A stretch of 61,801 bases of DNA, the filler included, from Choristocarpus tenellus KU-1152 (lineage: Eukaryota > Protista > Phaeophyceae): NCBI GenBank assembly GCA_964200185.2. It is 7 parts of 7 records of this genome, joined end to end, with 100 filler letters (N's around TTAATTAATTAA, not from the genome) between each part and the next. Parts side by side here need not be neighbours in the genome. Positions count along the whole stretch, not along the records: positions 41,639 to 52,034 come from CAXNAD020002953.1; positions 52,135 to 61,801 come from CAXNAD020003487.1; 5 more parts are not named here. One strand, given 5' to 3'. Under the pieces are notes generated by a model. The model worked only from the letters and a program-made list of their open reading frames with translations, did not search any database and was not told where the DNA came from. The translations under genes and the position numbers were made by a program. Below, in pieces: positions 49,011-61,801 of this stretch; positions within the stretch are counted from its first letter, which is position 1; each line of letters begins with the position of its first letter.

Positions 49011-50047
49011 CAAAATGGAAGAGGATATCGCCTCTCGGGTTGTGAATCCGTGGCAAGGGTTGATCCTATGGTCTTCGCCGTGCTCGGCATGGAAGAGTTA
49101 CCATGTAGAAAACCCAATCCATATTGTGGGTGCTATGCTTCCCATCAACACAACACTGTGACACAACCAACCATACCTACCAAGCCCTTGGACCTGCATT
49201 ATCTGGGCAGTGGTCATACTCAAGGATCGACTGCCTGTCTTTCTGTTCCTCAACTCCACTTAGCTGGCATCATCTATGTACATGTACAACATCCGCAATG
49301 TCAGTGGTACTATGCGCGAAGAGTTTATGTCACCATCGCTGAGGAGATTAAATTTCACATGAAGTCACGCACGTTATATGGGGCAATTAGTTACCATCCT
49401 CGTATCCGACGAATCAATGTTGTAGAGTTGGTGAAGTGATGGAATTCAACTTCGTGTAAGAAACGCCACATTTTGCCGTTTTTTTTTATAGTTCACTATT
49501 GTTCACTACCCCCAACAACCCTCACGCATCACTTCTATTTCTAAGTGCCAACATCTACCCTCAGTCAATATCCACTTTAAGTTTCGTCACCACAAGGACT
49601 CCACTGATCCAATCCTTGAGGACGGGATACTTCGCTCGGCATCAACGCAATCCTGAAAGCAGTTCGTACTTTCTCCTCCTTCCACACGCGAACCTCGTAC
49701 GACTGCGACCCTCACGCAGGTGATCCCCACGTGATGAAGACGATCATATTTTCGGCCTCCAACGTCACACGATGTGAGAAGCTCGTTCCACTACATGCGC
49801 ACCAATCAGACCACCATTAGCAGTCTGTCCTCCTTGTCATTCCTCCCCCTCAGGAACGCAGTCCTGAATATCTTTCCCGAAAAGTAAACCCTACAAGCGT
49901 TACACAAATATGAATAGTTTTCACGACCTGCTGTGGAAAACTATCGACATGTCTATTACTCCTCCATGTGGTGTTAAAGGCTTGTACCCCTAAGATATTT
50001 TTGCTACCCCTTTCTTCGAGAATTTGAGGGTACTAAATAGTTGGGTA

Positions 50048-50644
50048 CTAGTAGGAGTTCATCGTTGCCTCTGCTAACAACGTCCGCTGGGAATGACAGT
50101 GTGTCCCGGTGCGATGTTAAGTAGTTCAGCATTTTATATACAATGAACTGGAAGAGTGCTGGCATAGAGGACTGGGAAATAGAAAGGGAAAGGCAACCTG
50201 TCGTTTGCGCTTGATATCGAAAAGTTGCGTAAGAGGCAGAGTGGATAGAGAATATTCATCATTACAAATTGGGTAGCATATATGACACCTGACCTGAGCC
50301 ATAACAGTTCTCTTGATCGGCTTGAAATCAACTTCAACCTTACTCTGTACGACTCCATTTTCCAGCCTCATTTCAGAGCTGACAGATCTGCGTGTCGTGC
50401 CGATGGCCCGAGGGAAAGTGGGGGTGATCAGGTCAATGCCGCCCAGATCAATGTCACCCAGGCCAATATCGCCCAGGTCGAAGCCGCCGCTAGGGTCATG
50501 CAATTTCCTAGGGATCACAACTCGAGCTCGACAAAAAAAGCTAGTACTTCTAACGAAAGAGACTGATGGACCTGATAAGTATGAAGGGGAAAATCGACCG
50601 GCGAGGGATGTTGCGCCTCGAAATGTTGCTGCTGCTGCGGACAT
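50048..50644 (-). CDS. Small hypothetical protein with a mitochondrial-presequence-like N-terminus
   Basis: Exon 50294-50644 (MSAAAATFRGATSLAGRFSPSYLS..., R/S/A-rich, no acidic residues for ~48 aa) ends at CAG|GTCAGG. Tentative exon 50048-50086 (RTLLAEATMNSY*). Confidence 0.5.
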
Positions 50645-52599
50645 AACAGAAGCCTCACGACGACTGACAGAGTACTATCGGCGACATCAAGGCTCCCTAC
50701 CATCAACCTTCTCCGCGCCCTGCTCTCCAGAGTAAGCACGTGTTTTTTCCAATAATGTAGAGGTCTACTGAGTATTATTGAAGTTGCGATTGTCTTCAAT
50801 AGTATCCTTTCATTACTTCCTTGTCCCTTCTCTGTTCGATAGATCGACGCAACATATCTAGAGCGCGCATTGTAGTATTACATACGCTGTTACCTCAAAC
50901 TAAGGATTTCCACCATAAGTCAACGGCCTTTGTTGCATATGTAAGAAACATGCATTCAAACAATTTGCGTAAGACATCCACGGCAAATGTGTAGAATGAC
51001 ATGCTATCAAAATATTGCCGCCTGACATTTTGGAGAAGAAACACAAAAATAAGGCGATGATGTTATCATGAAGGGAATAAGAAGAAACACAAAAATAAGG
51101 CGACGAAGACAGCTCGACAACAAGAATCTGTACACCAACGGGAAAGTCCTTTCAATACACCAACGAGAGGGACCTGCAGTATATGTACTTGAAAACACTA
51201 ATCTATGAAGAAAATCATCATTATATCCTACCCCCTGTCAGAAATAATATTTTCATTTACAGTCCTTGTTCTTCTTCGAGTTGCTAGGTTGAGCTCATCA
51301 TATTATATGCACACTTCAGAGCATGATAGATGATACAATTAAGAGATTATATATATATACACACACATATTTCAGAGTTTAATGACACCAAACTGGTGCT
51401 TCAAAAACTGAATGTTAAAAGTCCATGTATCCATGTGCCTAAAAAAAATACAACATATCTTTTGTTGTATATGCGATGAATCTATCAGTTGCTGACCGTA
51501 GGATCTGTTGAAGAGGAAGAAAGGTGCAATATATTGTATGAGTTGTTGTATCCCCTTGCCATGCACACACTTGCAAGCAGCAGGTGTGATAGATGTCACA
51601 CACACACACATAAATATATATTGGAAATCGACTCCTTAGTTACCCTGCTCATGGATATTACCATGCATGTATGTGTTGACACAGTCTACTTTGTGGCTTG
51701 TTGTCATTATTGGTGTGCACTAGGTATTTTGTTTGTGGTATGTATCTGAGTGAGTAGCTGGTGTTTCGACTGAGCTTGGTCGGGTCCTTTGACTTGTTCA
51801 TTTTCTCACCTATGAACCAATTTTCCATATATATATAGAGAGATATAGAAACACATACATAGAGCTAAACCAATTGAGAGTTAGGCAGGCTTGGACTATT
51901 TTGCATGGTTAGCCATATTTCTTGCCCTGTGCAATACACGCTGTTTCATTCCTCTATGTACACAATTAACAGCAGACTTCAAAAATTGAGGATGGAGCTT
52001 TTCATTGAGGATGGGCTTGACCCAAAATTGACTGNNNNNNNNNNNNNNNNNNNNNNNNNNNNNNNNNNNNNNNNNNNNTTAATTAATTAANNNNNNNNNN
52101 NNNNNNNNNNNNNNNNNNNNNNNNNNNNNNNNNNCCCCCCCAGATACTTTGACCCCAATTTTTTTTTTATTATTTTTGAAAACATACACTAACTGAAAAA
52201 TATATAAAACGACTCTAGATTGGAGTCCCCTATAAACGAAATTTCAGTTTTGAATCTCCGTAACTAGAAAAAGACTGGTCAGAAAAGAGCCTGTCTGAAT
52301 TACACACATAAATCATCAATAGTGTGTGACTATTGATTGTGGTGCAGTGGCACAATGGTTGCACAGTACATACCATCTTTATAGATTGAGGGGCATTAAA
52401 CATCAAGGCATTCAGTAGAACAAAAAAGAATACTTGTATCAAAAAATAATACTTGTATCACAGGTGTTGAACATCTTCACTTTTTTTTTTCCTCACTTCT
52501 AATACAAAGAAAGGAGAGATCGCAACACCAGTGGCAAGATGATATAAGAACTTGAATTTTTAAAAGTATCACACTAACGAAGGAAGATCCAGAGACACC

Positions 52600-52840
52600 A
52601 CACACACATACATACACACATACATACATACATACATTACATACACATATACATACATACATAATACATACACACATACATACATACATACATTACATAC
52701 ACACATACATACATACATACACACATACATACATACATACATACATTACATACACACATACATACATACATTACATACACACATACATACACACATACAT
52801 ACATTACATACATACATACATTACATACATACACGTACAT
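52600..52840. repeat. Compound (CA)/(TACA) microsatellite
   Basis: Directly visible. Confidence 0.9.
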
Positions 52841-52905
52841 AGAGGAGCACTATTCAGATTACCCTAAGACAACCTCAACACATATTTCATATACAACATA
52901 AAATC

Positions 52906-55900
52906 CTAAAAATCTTGCCGGTGAAACTTGCACGCCTGCTGGGTCCTGGCACTACACCTCACTGACTCTGTACATTCATACGGCTCCTGTAGTATGATTG
53001 CTGTATATCCAATGCATTTTCAGATAAAACAGTGGTACAAGGAGGTTTCCAGTACACTAGGGAAAAAGCTTCACAAATGAAATACAAGGAGTGTACAACA
53101 TGAGGTCAGTCCAAAACAATCACTGGACCTCCATAGTCATAGGGTAGTATGCACTGAGTACATGAAAGCCTTCCAGGGGATACCAACCCAACACAAACAT
53201 GCCAAGCACCAAGTTCCAGACAATTCCATTGTAGAAAAACAGAAAATTTCTGCTGGGACGGTAGCAGTCACCTTTTAAAAAAACAGGACAAACAACACAT
53301 TCTCGTGCATGATATTGAAAACCGCTTGGAATCTTTCTTGAAACAAGTGATGAGAAACAAGTGATGAGTCATTTCGGCTCTTGAAGTTACTTACTGCAAA
53401 CAACTACTAGAATCAATTATAGTGTGCCTGACACACATTAGCCAATCCAGTTACAATAATGCCAAGGGACGAAGTGTGGACACGAGTGTGTGTGTGCCTC
53501 TGTTCTTTTCCGCCAAGTGTCATTCATCCACTCAAAGCAACAGACTCTAGAGGAGCAGGGTCATTCATCATGTCATTCATCCGGCAGGTCACCATGACAA
53601 ACACGGTAGTCTGTCATAGGTCAAGATGATAAAGATCAAACAAGACCTTTGCCTGGGAAATGTTTCTGGCAGGTTAGGTGTCTCTTTTGCATAAACGTAC
53701 AAATCCAGAGCCCGCAAGTTACTGTTCCTATTCCCCTTATTGTTCTTATCACTCCAAGAGTAACTACACCTCCTACCTCTGCATTCCTGATTGGCTCAAC
53801 CAATTACACAATGTTAATATATATATATTATAGTGATGAAATAAAAATGGTAATGAATGGCACTAGCGGCAACAAGGATTAATTAAATAATGATAACATT
53901 AGGAACAAAAACGATAAAAAATAATACAAATAACAAGAACATGATGACAAGAACATGATGACAAGAACACGATGCGTCATACGGCACCAATATATGCCCT
54001 GTCACCAGGAATACAGCGTTCGTTTGCTGCACTCCATTCTCCTTGTGCTACAAGCATTGTTGACGAGCAATGTCTTCTTCAAAGTGCTGCCTACCTTGAT
54101 GCACAAGGTCCAAGTGCTTACCCTGAAAGTAACCATTTTCAAGTTGTAGTCGACACGTAACTGACTAACCCCAAGTGGCAAAAGGCAAAAACAGCCTCCA
54201 CAGGACAAGCACCTTTCACAAGAAACAAACACAGTCCCGGAATATGTGGGTGATCCATCACTCATCACTCTTCCCAACCCATATGCATGGACCATGAACA
54301 GACCCTACCAGGCATTCCATGTAAAAAGCCTTCCATGTAAAAAGCCTATTGATCTGATCCGTTGAGAAGTCGGCCTTATACAATGTTTGTATACCACGTA
54401 CTCGATGGATACATTAATGTATGTTCATGGACATGGACTATTGATTTGAATAGTTTTCCTGCCTCCCTCCCATGAAGTTGAACTATGTCGTGTGTATTCT
54501 CTCAGACTCAGACTCAGACTCACATTGCAAGAACACTGCAATCAATAAAAATAAATAAAAATGGGGCACACAAAAAATAAAAAATAAAAAAAACACCACA
54601 AACATTTCCAAGTAATGCAGAAGTTCAACAATCGACACCACCAATCAACTCCCCCCCGCACACACAAAGTGTCATACACGCCTAGGCAAGGTGTGTCCAC
54701 ATATCATCATATCATTCCCTTGAACGGTACACTAGTAGTACACACACATACGCTGTGCAGCATGTGCTCACCTCGTCCCAATCCATTCTTTTCGCAAAGG
54801 CCTTGTACTCCTCCCACTCCTCCGCATCCTTCACCCACCAGCACACTTCTTTGTCAAACTCCATGTCTGTCTGCCAGTGGTCATCTTCCTCGTCATCTTC
54901 CAGCTCTTCCAGATCCTCGCCTTCACCCCCCTTAAAGAATAAATAAACAAAAGGTTAGAAAAACATGTAACATAACCTAAACAGGGTTTCTTCCAATGAT
55001 CAACCACCCCCTAAACAGGGTTTATCACGAATTGTCACGAATATACTTGGGCGCAGCAGTAGCATGATAAAAATGAAAATTAATTCTGACAAACAAAAAA
55101 TATTATAGCATAAATAGTGACTACATCAATAGTGGCTACATTAATAGTGGATACATTAATAGTGGATACATTAATAGTGACTACAATAATAGTAGCTACA
55201 TTAATAGTAGCTACATTAATAGTGGCTACATTAATAGTGACTACATTAATAGTGGATACATTAATAGTGGCTACATTAATAGTGGATACATTAATAGTGG
55301 CTACATTAATAGTAGCTACATTAATAGTGGCTACATTAATAGTGGCTACATTAATAGTGGCTACATTAGTAGTGGATACATTAATAGTGGATACATTAAT
55401 AGTGGATACATTAATAGTGGCTACATTAATAATAGCTACATTAATAGTGGCTACATTAATAGTGACTACATTAATAGTAGCTACATTAATAGTGGATACA
55501 TTAATAGTGGATACATTAATAGTGGATACATTAATAGTGGATACATTAATAATAGCTACATTAATAGTGGCTACATTAATAGTGACTACATTAATAGTAG
55601 CTACATTAATAGTGGATACATTAATAGTGGATACATTAATAGTGGCTACATTAATAGTGGATACATTAATAGTGGATACATTAATAGTGGCTACATTAAT
55701 AGTGGATACATTAATAGTGACTACATTAATAGTGGATACATTAATAGTGGATACATTAATAGTGGATACATTAATAGTGGATACATTAATAGTGGATACA
55801 TTCAGCAGTCCGAACCCATACACAAAAATGTCAAAACCATCTAAGCTACACTACGTACTCTCCTTTCTTGGGGAATATTGGTGAGGGAGGAGAAGAGTTG

Positions 55901-58900
55901 GGACTGTCCATCAAACATTCTAAATTGTTGGGGGGTTTCTCCTGCTTGCGCTGAACTGAGAGCTGTTCCTATGTGCCCAAGACGGTATTATTACTTGGAT
56001 GGATGTTGTCTGCAGTCCATCAACACATAAACTCAAAAGAGGATCAAAACATATCCAAGAACCAAGCATCAAATACAATACATCTTTCTGATCAATGCTG
56101 CCAATGATCAAAGCGGCACTCACACCAGCGAACACTTCATCGTTGTCACCGTTGTCATCGTTGTCATCCATCCTAACCCTAACCCCTAACCCCTAACCCA
56201 TCACAAATTAGTAGGCTCTCAATCATTCTGGCCAAGACAGCAAGGAAACAGCGAACATATTAAAGGCCATTGCATCAATAGAGCACATCATTCATGCAAG
56301 AAGGCAGAAGGCATGTCAGTTGTACCTGCTCACACTATATCCTGCCAGTTAATTTGTACTGTCTCATGTCAGTCCAGGGACAGTACCACCTTAGAGGTGT
56401 AGCCACTCTGCTAACCCTAACCCTAACCCCAACAAATTTCTGCGCGAAATTTAGAGAAGAAAATCACAGTCAAGAAATTGAGGTCAAAATCATTTCCAAA
56501 TATGTCGCTATAGATTACTAAACGGTCACACTCCAACTTCAGAGTATGTGTCACTAAATAATATGTGGGGTTAACCTTATCGCACTGTCACTAAATATGT
56601 CGCTTAAAGAGAGACTTCTATCGGGGGGGGTTTTACTATTTTTTTTCTTTTTTGTAAAAAAAAATCTTGTTTGCCTTGCCCCTCGGCATGCATCATGCTC
56701 ACCTCTACAATTATGCGTACAATGCCGATTTATTTTTTATTTTTCAACACCCGCAAGAAAAGTGCTCAAATTTTTTGAAAACATCGAATCGGTTGGGTCC
56801 CCCCGGAATGATCGATACCATTCTGTGCATCTCATACAATACCATACACGGCAATCGTAGCAAGAATCACAATTGGTGAAACGACACCATGAGTGTGGGT
56901 ACTGTAGGACGAAATTTAAATGTACTGATTCTGAATGATTCTGATTTAAATGATTCTGGTGTATATCAATTCTGATCAGTTGCAAAAATCAAAATCCAGC
57001 TGTGTTCTTCTGTCCAGGAATAGATCGTAAATGTAATAACAAAGTCAAGGAGTAGCCGCCTTTGCCTACAGGAAAGGCTGCGGATGAGAGCAGATCTATC
57101 AGTACAGTGGATACCATTGATCTAACACCAAAAATTGTGCTCAGATAGACATACAAAATTTCCGTTTCAGGAATCAGAGATCTTTGCCTTGTTGGTCTTG
57201 TGGACAGCTGGTGAAATCAGTTCCTGATTGGAAGCTTGAAAAATGCTTGGAATTTTCTTCTACTGCTTTGCACATTCAGCTCCAGCTCTAGATTTAGGAA
57301 TAGTATTATCGGCTTGTTAAAAGCACGTTGGAAATTTCAGTATCCACATGAAGTGACTTTAAGGGAGAGTGCCGTCAACAGCAAATATCGCTATCAAATG
57401 CATGTTTGAATGACTACTGGTAGGTCAAAAAGGTTTGTGAAACAGTTCACCTGTCGGATCACTGTGGGCATACCAAGGCGAAGGAAGCAGTGCAACAATG
57501 GACACGGTGTCCCATTCCTTCAAACAAACAAGTTTTGAAATAAAACAGGCGTTACTGCTCTCACGGAACAGTCTCTACCTACATTTGTTCAAGGACACCC
57601 CGGGAGCTGAATCAAATACAAGATGTCATGTCTGGCAATAATGAATAAGACAAGGTTTTGTTTTGATGTTCAGCACACAAAGGCAAGGAAAGATCAAGGG
57701 CCACACACATCCAGGAGGTACCTACGAACCTTCACAAACATAGCAAAACTCACCTTACAACAAGTAAATTCTCTATTATAAGTCTGTGTTTTGACCTGGA
57801 ACTGCAACATTGATTTACGTACTCATCTAGAACATTCAACTCCCTTCATTCAAGCTGTCAGTAAGTGCTATGTCAGTCAATGCAGAGAATCGTGCTTCCA
57901 CCGCACTGTGTTTTTAAAAAATTCAATCTTCAGTCTTCCCTTTCCATGCCAGCATCGTACACATGTTTTTAACATTGCTCACCAGCTTCTCCTCCTCAGC
58001 AGAAGTGAACCAATGTTTCTGCCAAGAAGAGTCGTCCCTGTTGACGGTCTGGACATCCTCCTCATCCTCTTTCGGAGCCCCCCCTAATTTGGATTTAGAA
58101 AACTCCTTTATATCTAACATTCCAACTTTAGCAGAAGCATCCTCAAACTGCCGATGTAAGGCAAGGAGACAACAGAGTACAGCTAAGAAATCTCAATCCA
58201 AAGGAAAAATGAAATAATTGCAAGATCAAGGGAAAGTACTTGGTGTGAAATGATGTTATCCCCACAGCCAGTTCGGCTGTGTACTGTCTTGAAGGAGAAG
58301 ACAGAAGTAGGGGTAGCGATTTCTTTCAAAATGATATTCAACAAATATTGCAATGTTGTGGAAGTTGTCAAAACGAGAAGGATGAATACACCAGGCAAGG
58401 AAGAGCTGATACAGTGGTCAAATTAACAAACGCTATAGTTTTTTTTCTTTTCATCTGGTAATGGGATATTACACATCACTGACCTGACCACGAACCGAGC
58501 TTTGTGGGCGCTCTCCTACAGCACCCTGTTCTCGCGTTTTTTGCTCCTCGCCTGTCACGTCGTGCCTGTCAATGTTTCTCTGTGCAAGGGGCATGTTGGA
58601 CAGCGTCAAGGACTTAACGATGCCCTATGTATGTCGAGTAAAGAAACCGACTACCCTGCAACTGCAATCTGACCTCAAAAGTATGTGCGTTAGGAATGCA
58701 AAAACTCGAAGATTTACGTGCACCAAGAATTCAATATACAGCAATTTCGAAGTTGTACCTATACGCAATCGCGCATCTTAAAAGTATAACACCTTTCGCT
58801 ACTGGACCTCATACTTACACAGAGATGGTCCAAAGCACGACTTTCACGATGGTGTACTTTCACTGAATCGTGAGGACGCTTTGGGCTTGGTGGGCAACAG

Positions 58901-61270
58901 AAACAGCAAGCTCAACTCTTTACCTCGTGTACCCGAAGGAACTGACTAAAAGCTCCTCGTCCTCGACCAGTTGGTCTTCGCACATTCTCGGGATCCGCCT
59001 CTTCATATCGGTCTCCTCCTGCCCTCTGATTGTTGGAATCCTTGACAGTACCATCTGTCGAACAGTGCTGTGTCGAAAGATGAGGGGGGTATGTTCACGT
59101 CAAGTGCTAGCTGGCCGAGTATATTGCGCCAGGATGCAGGATATCCAGTGAGCACACCATGGAATTGGATCCGATGGGCATAAGCACTTCTTTTTGAGCT
59201 GGTGTGGAGAGAAGAGACGAATTTAACCTGCCAAAACCTTCCTCAAACACCCATGTTCTGCAACCCTTGTTAGTAGCCACAGACCCTTATGCAACTCTCA
59301 TTCAGGGAAACACTCACCACTACCTGGGCCGCCTGGCAACGGAGTACTGACCACCCTAGCCTTTTGACCTCTACCTTGTGCGTGGTCGCTAGAGTGCGAC
59401 CTAGTGCAAGACGTTGCATAGTTCGGATCACAATGAGTAGGCAAGGAAATGGTTTGAAGCGATGAGAGACATCATGTGCGCGCACCTTCTCAGCTCGACA
59501 GCGCGATGCTCGCGCATGTTAAATAAGAGAGGTGGGTCTACACAATGGAATCCCAACCTCAGAAACAAAAGTCAGACCAACACCCATCAAAGAATAGGTC
59601 CAGACATAGAGCGTAAACTATGGATGATCCTTGTTCAATTAAATCATGAGCTCTGCTTTACCCCATTCATTATAACCAAACATTAAACGAGCAAGCAAGG
59701 CCAAAACATAGAGCAAAGAAGATGACTTGTTGCTGCTCAATCAGATCAACCCAAATGCAACTGAAAGTGGCGTGTTTTCTCCCGTGTCAATTCCATGTTA
59801 CTCCTCCAACCCAGCAGACTATGCCCCTGAACCTCAAACAAAGGAATCCAAAACAAATGAAGAGGGAAAGGAAGCTATGAAACCAAGATACCTTTACAAA
59901 ACGGCACCAGACAAACAAACAAAATATTTTCTTACACTTAACTCCCAAATACGCTACATAATGTCCACAATCCTGTAGTATGAAGACTGCTACTTCCCCT
60001 TCTTCTACTATACACACCAAGTTCCACTCATAGCCCTGACCTAATTTGTATTACTGTACAAAGAAGGGGTCAAAATCAAACGCTGAATTCCACAGACACC
60101 ATCATAAAGGCAACAGAATACGCTTTGGTCATGCCCATACGTAAAAGACGTTTATCTGTTCCCAACAACGAACTCTTCCATCTAAATCGAAGCGCACCTC
60201 AACGCCTTCAGCTGTGTTCTGGCACCCAACAACATTATTTGCCTCCAGGGGTGTCTGGTTCTCACATTTGGACTCAAAATGCCTACACCCTGACATACAA
60301 ACATTATGCTTGACTACAAGAACTCTCTGAAGTGTTTCTTGCCTGTTCCCCCTTCAATTTGTACCAGGGTATCACTTCATCCAGTACTTGGCTATCAATT
60401 CCATGCAGTCTGTCAACACCTCCTCTCCCTCGAAGGATACATAGACCCCCAGCCCAATATACCCTCAAACATTACTCTGATGGTGCCACAAATACTCCTG
60501 ACAAATCTATACCTTAACAGTTGCGCTGGTCGTGCAGATTCCTGCTGATCTGCTAACTCAACATCTTCCACAGTTAACGGGAACACAAAACACGACACAC
60601 CCCAAGGTAGAAATTTAGGCGACTACACTTCCCTTCGATGCTCACAAGGCTTGCTAAACCTAGACACAGAAGCACATGCCATGACATCACCTCTGTCGTA
60701 GTATGAGGTAAGTCCACGTACAACAAAAACAACTTACACCATTCTTGCCTATAGCACATAGTCCCATCCCAAAAACCTTAAATGGTCCTGTCCAACATGC
60801 TGCTAGTTCTGAACTTCTGTCTCTGCATTGTTGTTATTCTCCTGATGGAGTGTTGTACACCTAAAACCCCACTCCCTAACTCCCACTTCGAACCAGTAAA
60901 ACCCCATCCTAATCGTGCCTCCTCCAATTGATGCCTCTTCTTCTGGAGTATATATCTTTCTCTTAATACCTTGTGTGTTAAGTGCTGTCGTTTCTGTACC
61001 CCCAGCAAGAACTCTATCTGATCGGCCTTTGAAGACCTTGCTGCCGTACAACACAATGCTGGCCTGAAACCGTTTTTTAAGGATCTCAAACAACGCTTGA
61101 ACCAAAGTAGAAATATATTACTTGTTAGGTACTATGAGTTACCTATCTCGTGGCTATGTAATGGTGAGCCTATCGGGATGAAATAGCTTTGACGCCAAAC
61201 ATCTTTTCGCGGAAATATTTTTTTTTCGATCAACTTCAAAATGGCAGGTAAACCTTTCGCCCTCTCTACC
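52906..61270 (-). CDS. Multi-exon hypothetical protein with low-complexity middle and acidic, Trp-rich C-terminal region; 5' end uncertain
   Basis: Phase-consistent GT-AG chain: ~60545-60420, 59400-59318, 59054-58924, 58579-58484, 58147-57983, 54930-54772, 54160-54122, tentative last exon 52986-52906. Upstream exons 61095-60887 and ~61270-61143 are less certain. Confidence 0.7.
55117..55801. repeat. Intronic 15-bp minisatellite TTAATAGTGG(A/C)TACA, ~46 units
   Basis: No indels; lies in the 54931-57982 intron; produces (INV[SAV]T)n and (LIV[DAT]T)n ORFs. Confidence 0.95.
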
Positions 61271-61731
61271 CTGTTACTTCATTGACTTGTTTTGTGACGG
61301 TGTCTGGTTTTGAGACCCGTTCAGAGATAACATAACCACTTCCATGTGGCGGGCCAACTATCTCTAGTTTTCTTTCATCGTAAGCACAATGGATTGTGAT
61401 CTTGTGCTATCAATTTTTCCCTTCTCCTGTTTTGGGTGTACCACAAAAACTCGCTGGACAAAGATCAAGGTGGAAACTTCGGCAAGAGTCCCACAATAAC
61501 AGGTGGTGGGAGTGTTGAAGCCAACGCGCTAAAGCAAGGCAAGAACGAGGTAGTAAATTTATTGTTGTACAACAGTTAGTTCTTAGTATGAGAAGTACTT
61601 GGAGTAGTAGTGTAGTAATGTGTATAGCACCTCTGACAATGTGTCAAGAAAATCCCCAACTAGAAGTTATGGCAAGGAGTCAATAATAAAATTACTTGAC
61701 CCTTCTCTGGCCCCTCACGAACGTTTTGAGT

Positions 61732-61801
61732 TGACCTAAAGTATCTGGGGGGGGGGGGGGCGGCTACCCCAGGGTGGCTCTTTGGCCCAAAACGAGGAAA
61801 A
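61732..61801. mobile_element. Terminus of a MITE-A-related element with a G-run (also at 11095-11137 and 52135-52155)
   Basis: AAAGTATCTGGGGGG... / ...CCCCCAGATACTTTG resembles the AAAGTATCTTAGAGGG TIR. Confidence 0.45.

Noticed and set aside
48966-49439. 157-aa plus-strand ORF (and 46816-47388)
   Set aside because: Non-ATG starts, no domain motifs, no convincing splice sites.
55080-55884. 247-aa and 255-aa ORFs as real pentapeptide-repeat genes
   Set aside because: Openness follows from a stop-free 15-bp unit; GTG starts only; intronic location. Kept only as a low-probability finding.

Overview
Eukaryotic, intron-rich, repeat-rich genomic DNA. By inference it is a stramenopile, probably a brown alga or relative (TTAGGG-type repeats, long introns, style of the Copia and pogo proteins). 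The window is seven contigs joined by six artificial 100-nt linkers (44 N + TTAATTAATTAA + 44 N), so adjacency across linkers is unproven. Host genes assembled by hand from GT-AG exons with matching phases: a complete 6-exon cyclin T/K (minus, 14195-19457); the 5' part of GPN1 GTPase (minus) head-to-head, 160 bp apart, with a predicted N-myristoylated EF-hand + calpain-like gene whose catalytic Cys is replaced by Arg (plus); the 3' end of an ArfGAP-ankyrin gene; a multi-exon acidic protein of unknown family (minus, 52.9-61.3 kb); and a small putative mitochondrion-targeted protein. Mobile DNA: an internally deleted Copia LTR element with a half-tRNA-Met-type PBS nested in a pogo-like transposon, further Copia integrase and gag fragments, at least six copies of a ~255-bp MITE, a cluster of CRE-like RLE non-LTR 3' ends, and a 2.2-kb element with ~175-bp inverted repeats around a disrupted Myb/SANT-like ORF. 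Also present are an isolated 5' half of tRNA-Gly(GCC), a 13-bp intronic minisatellite with higher-order structure and a 15-bp minisatellite open on both strands. No CRISPR array or prokaryotic system is seen, and no wholly new biological system can be demonstrated from sequence alone.
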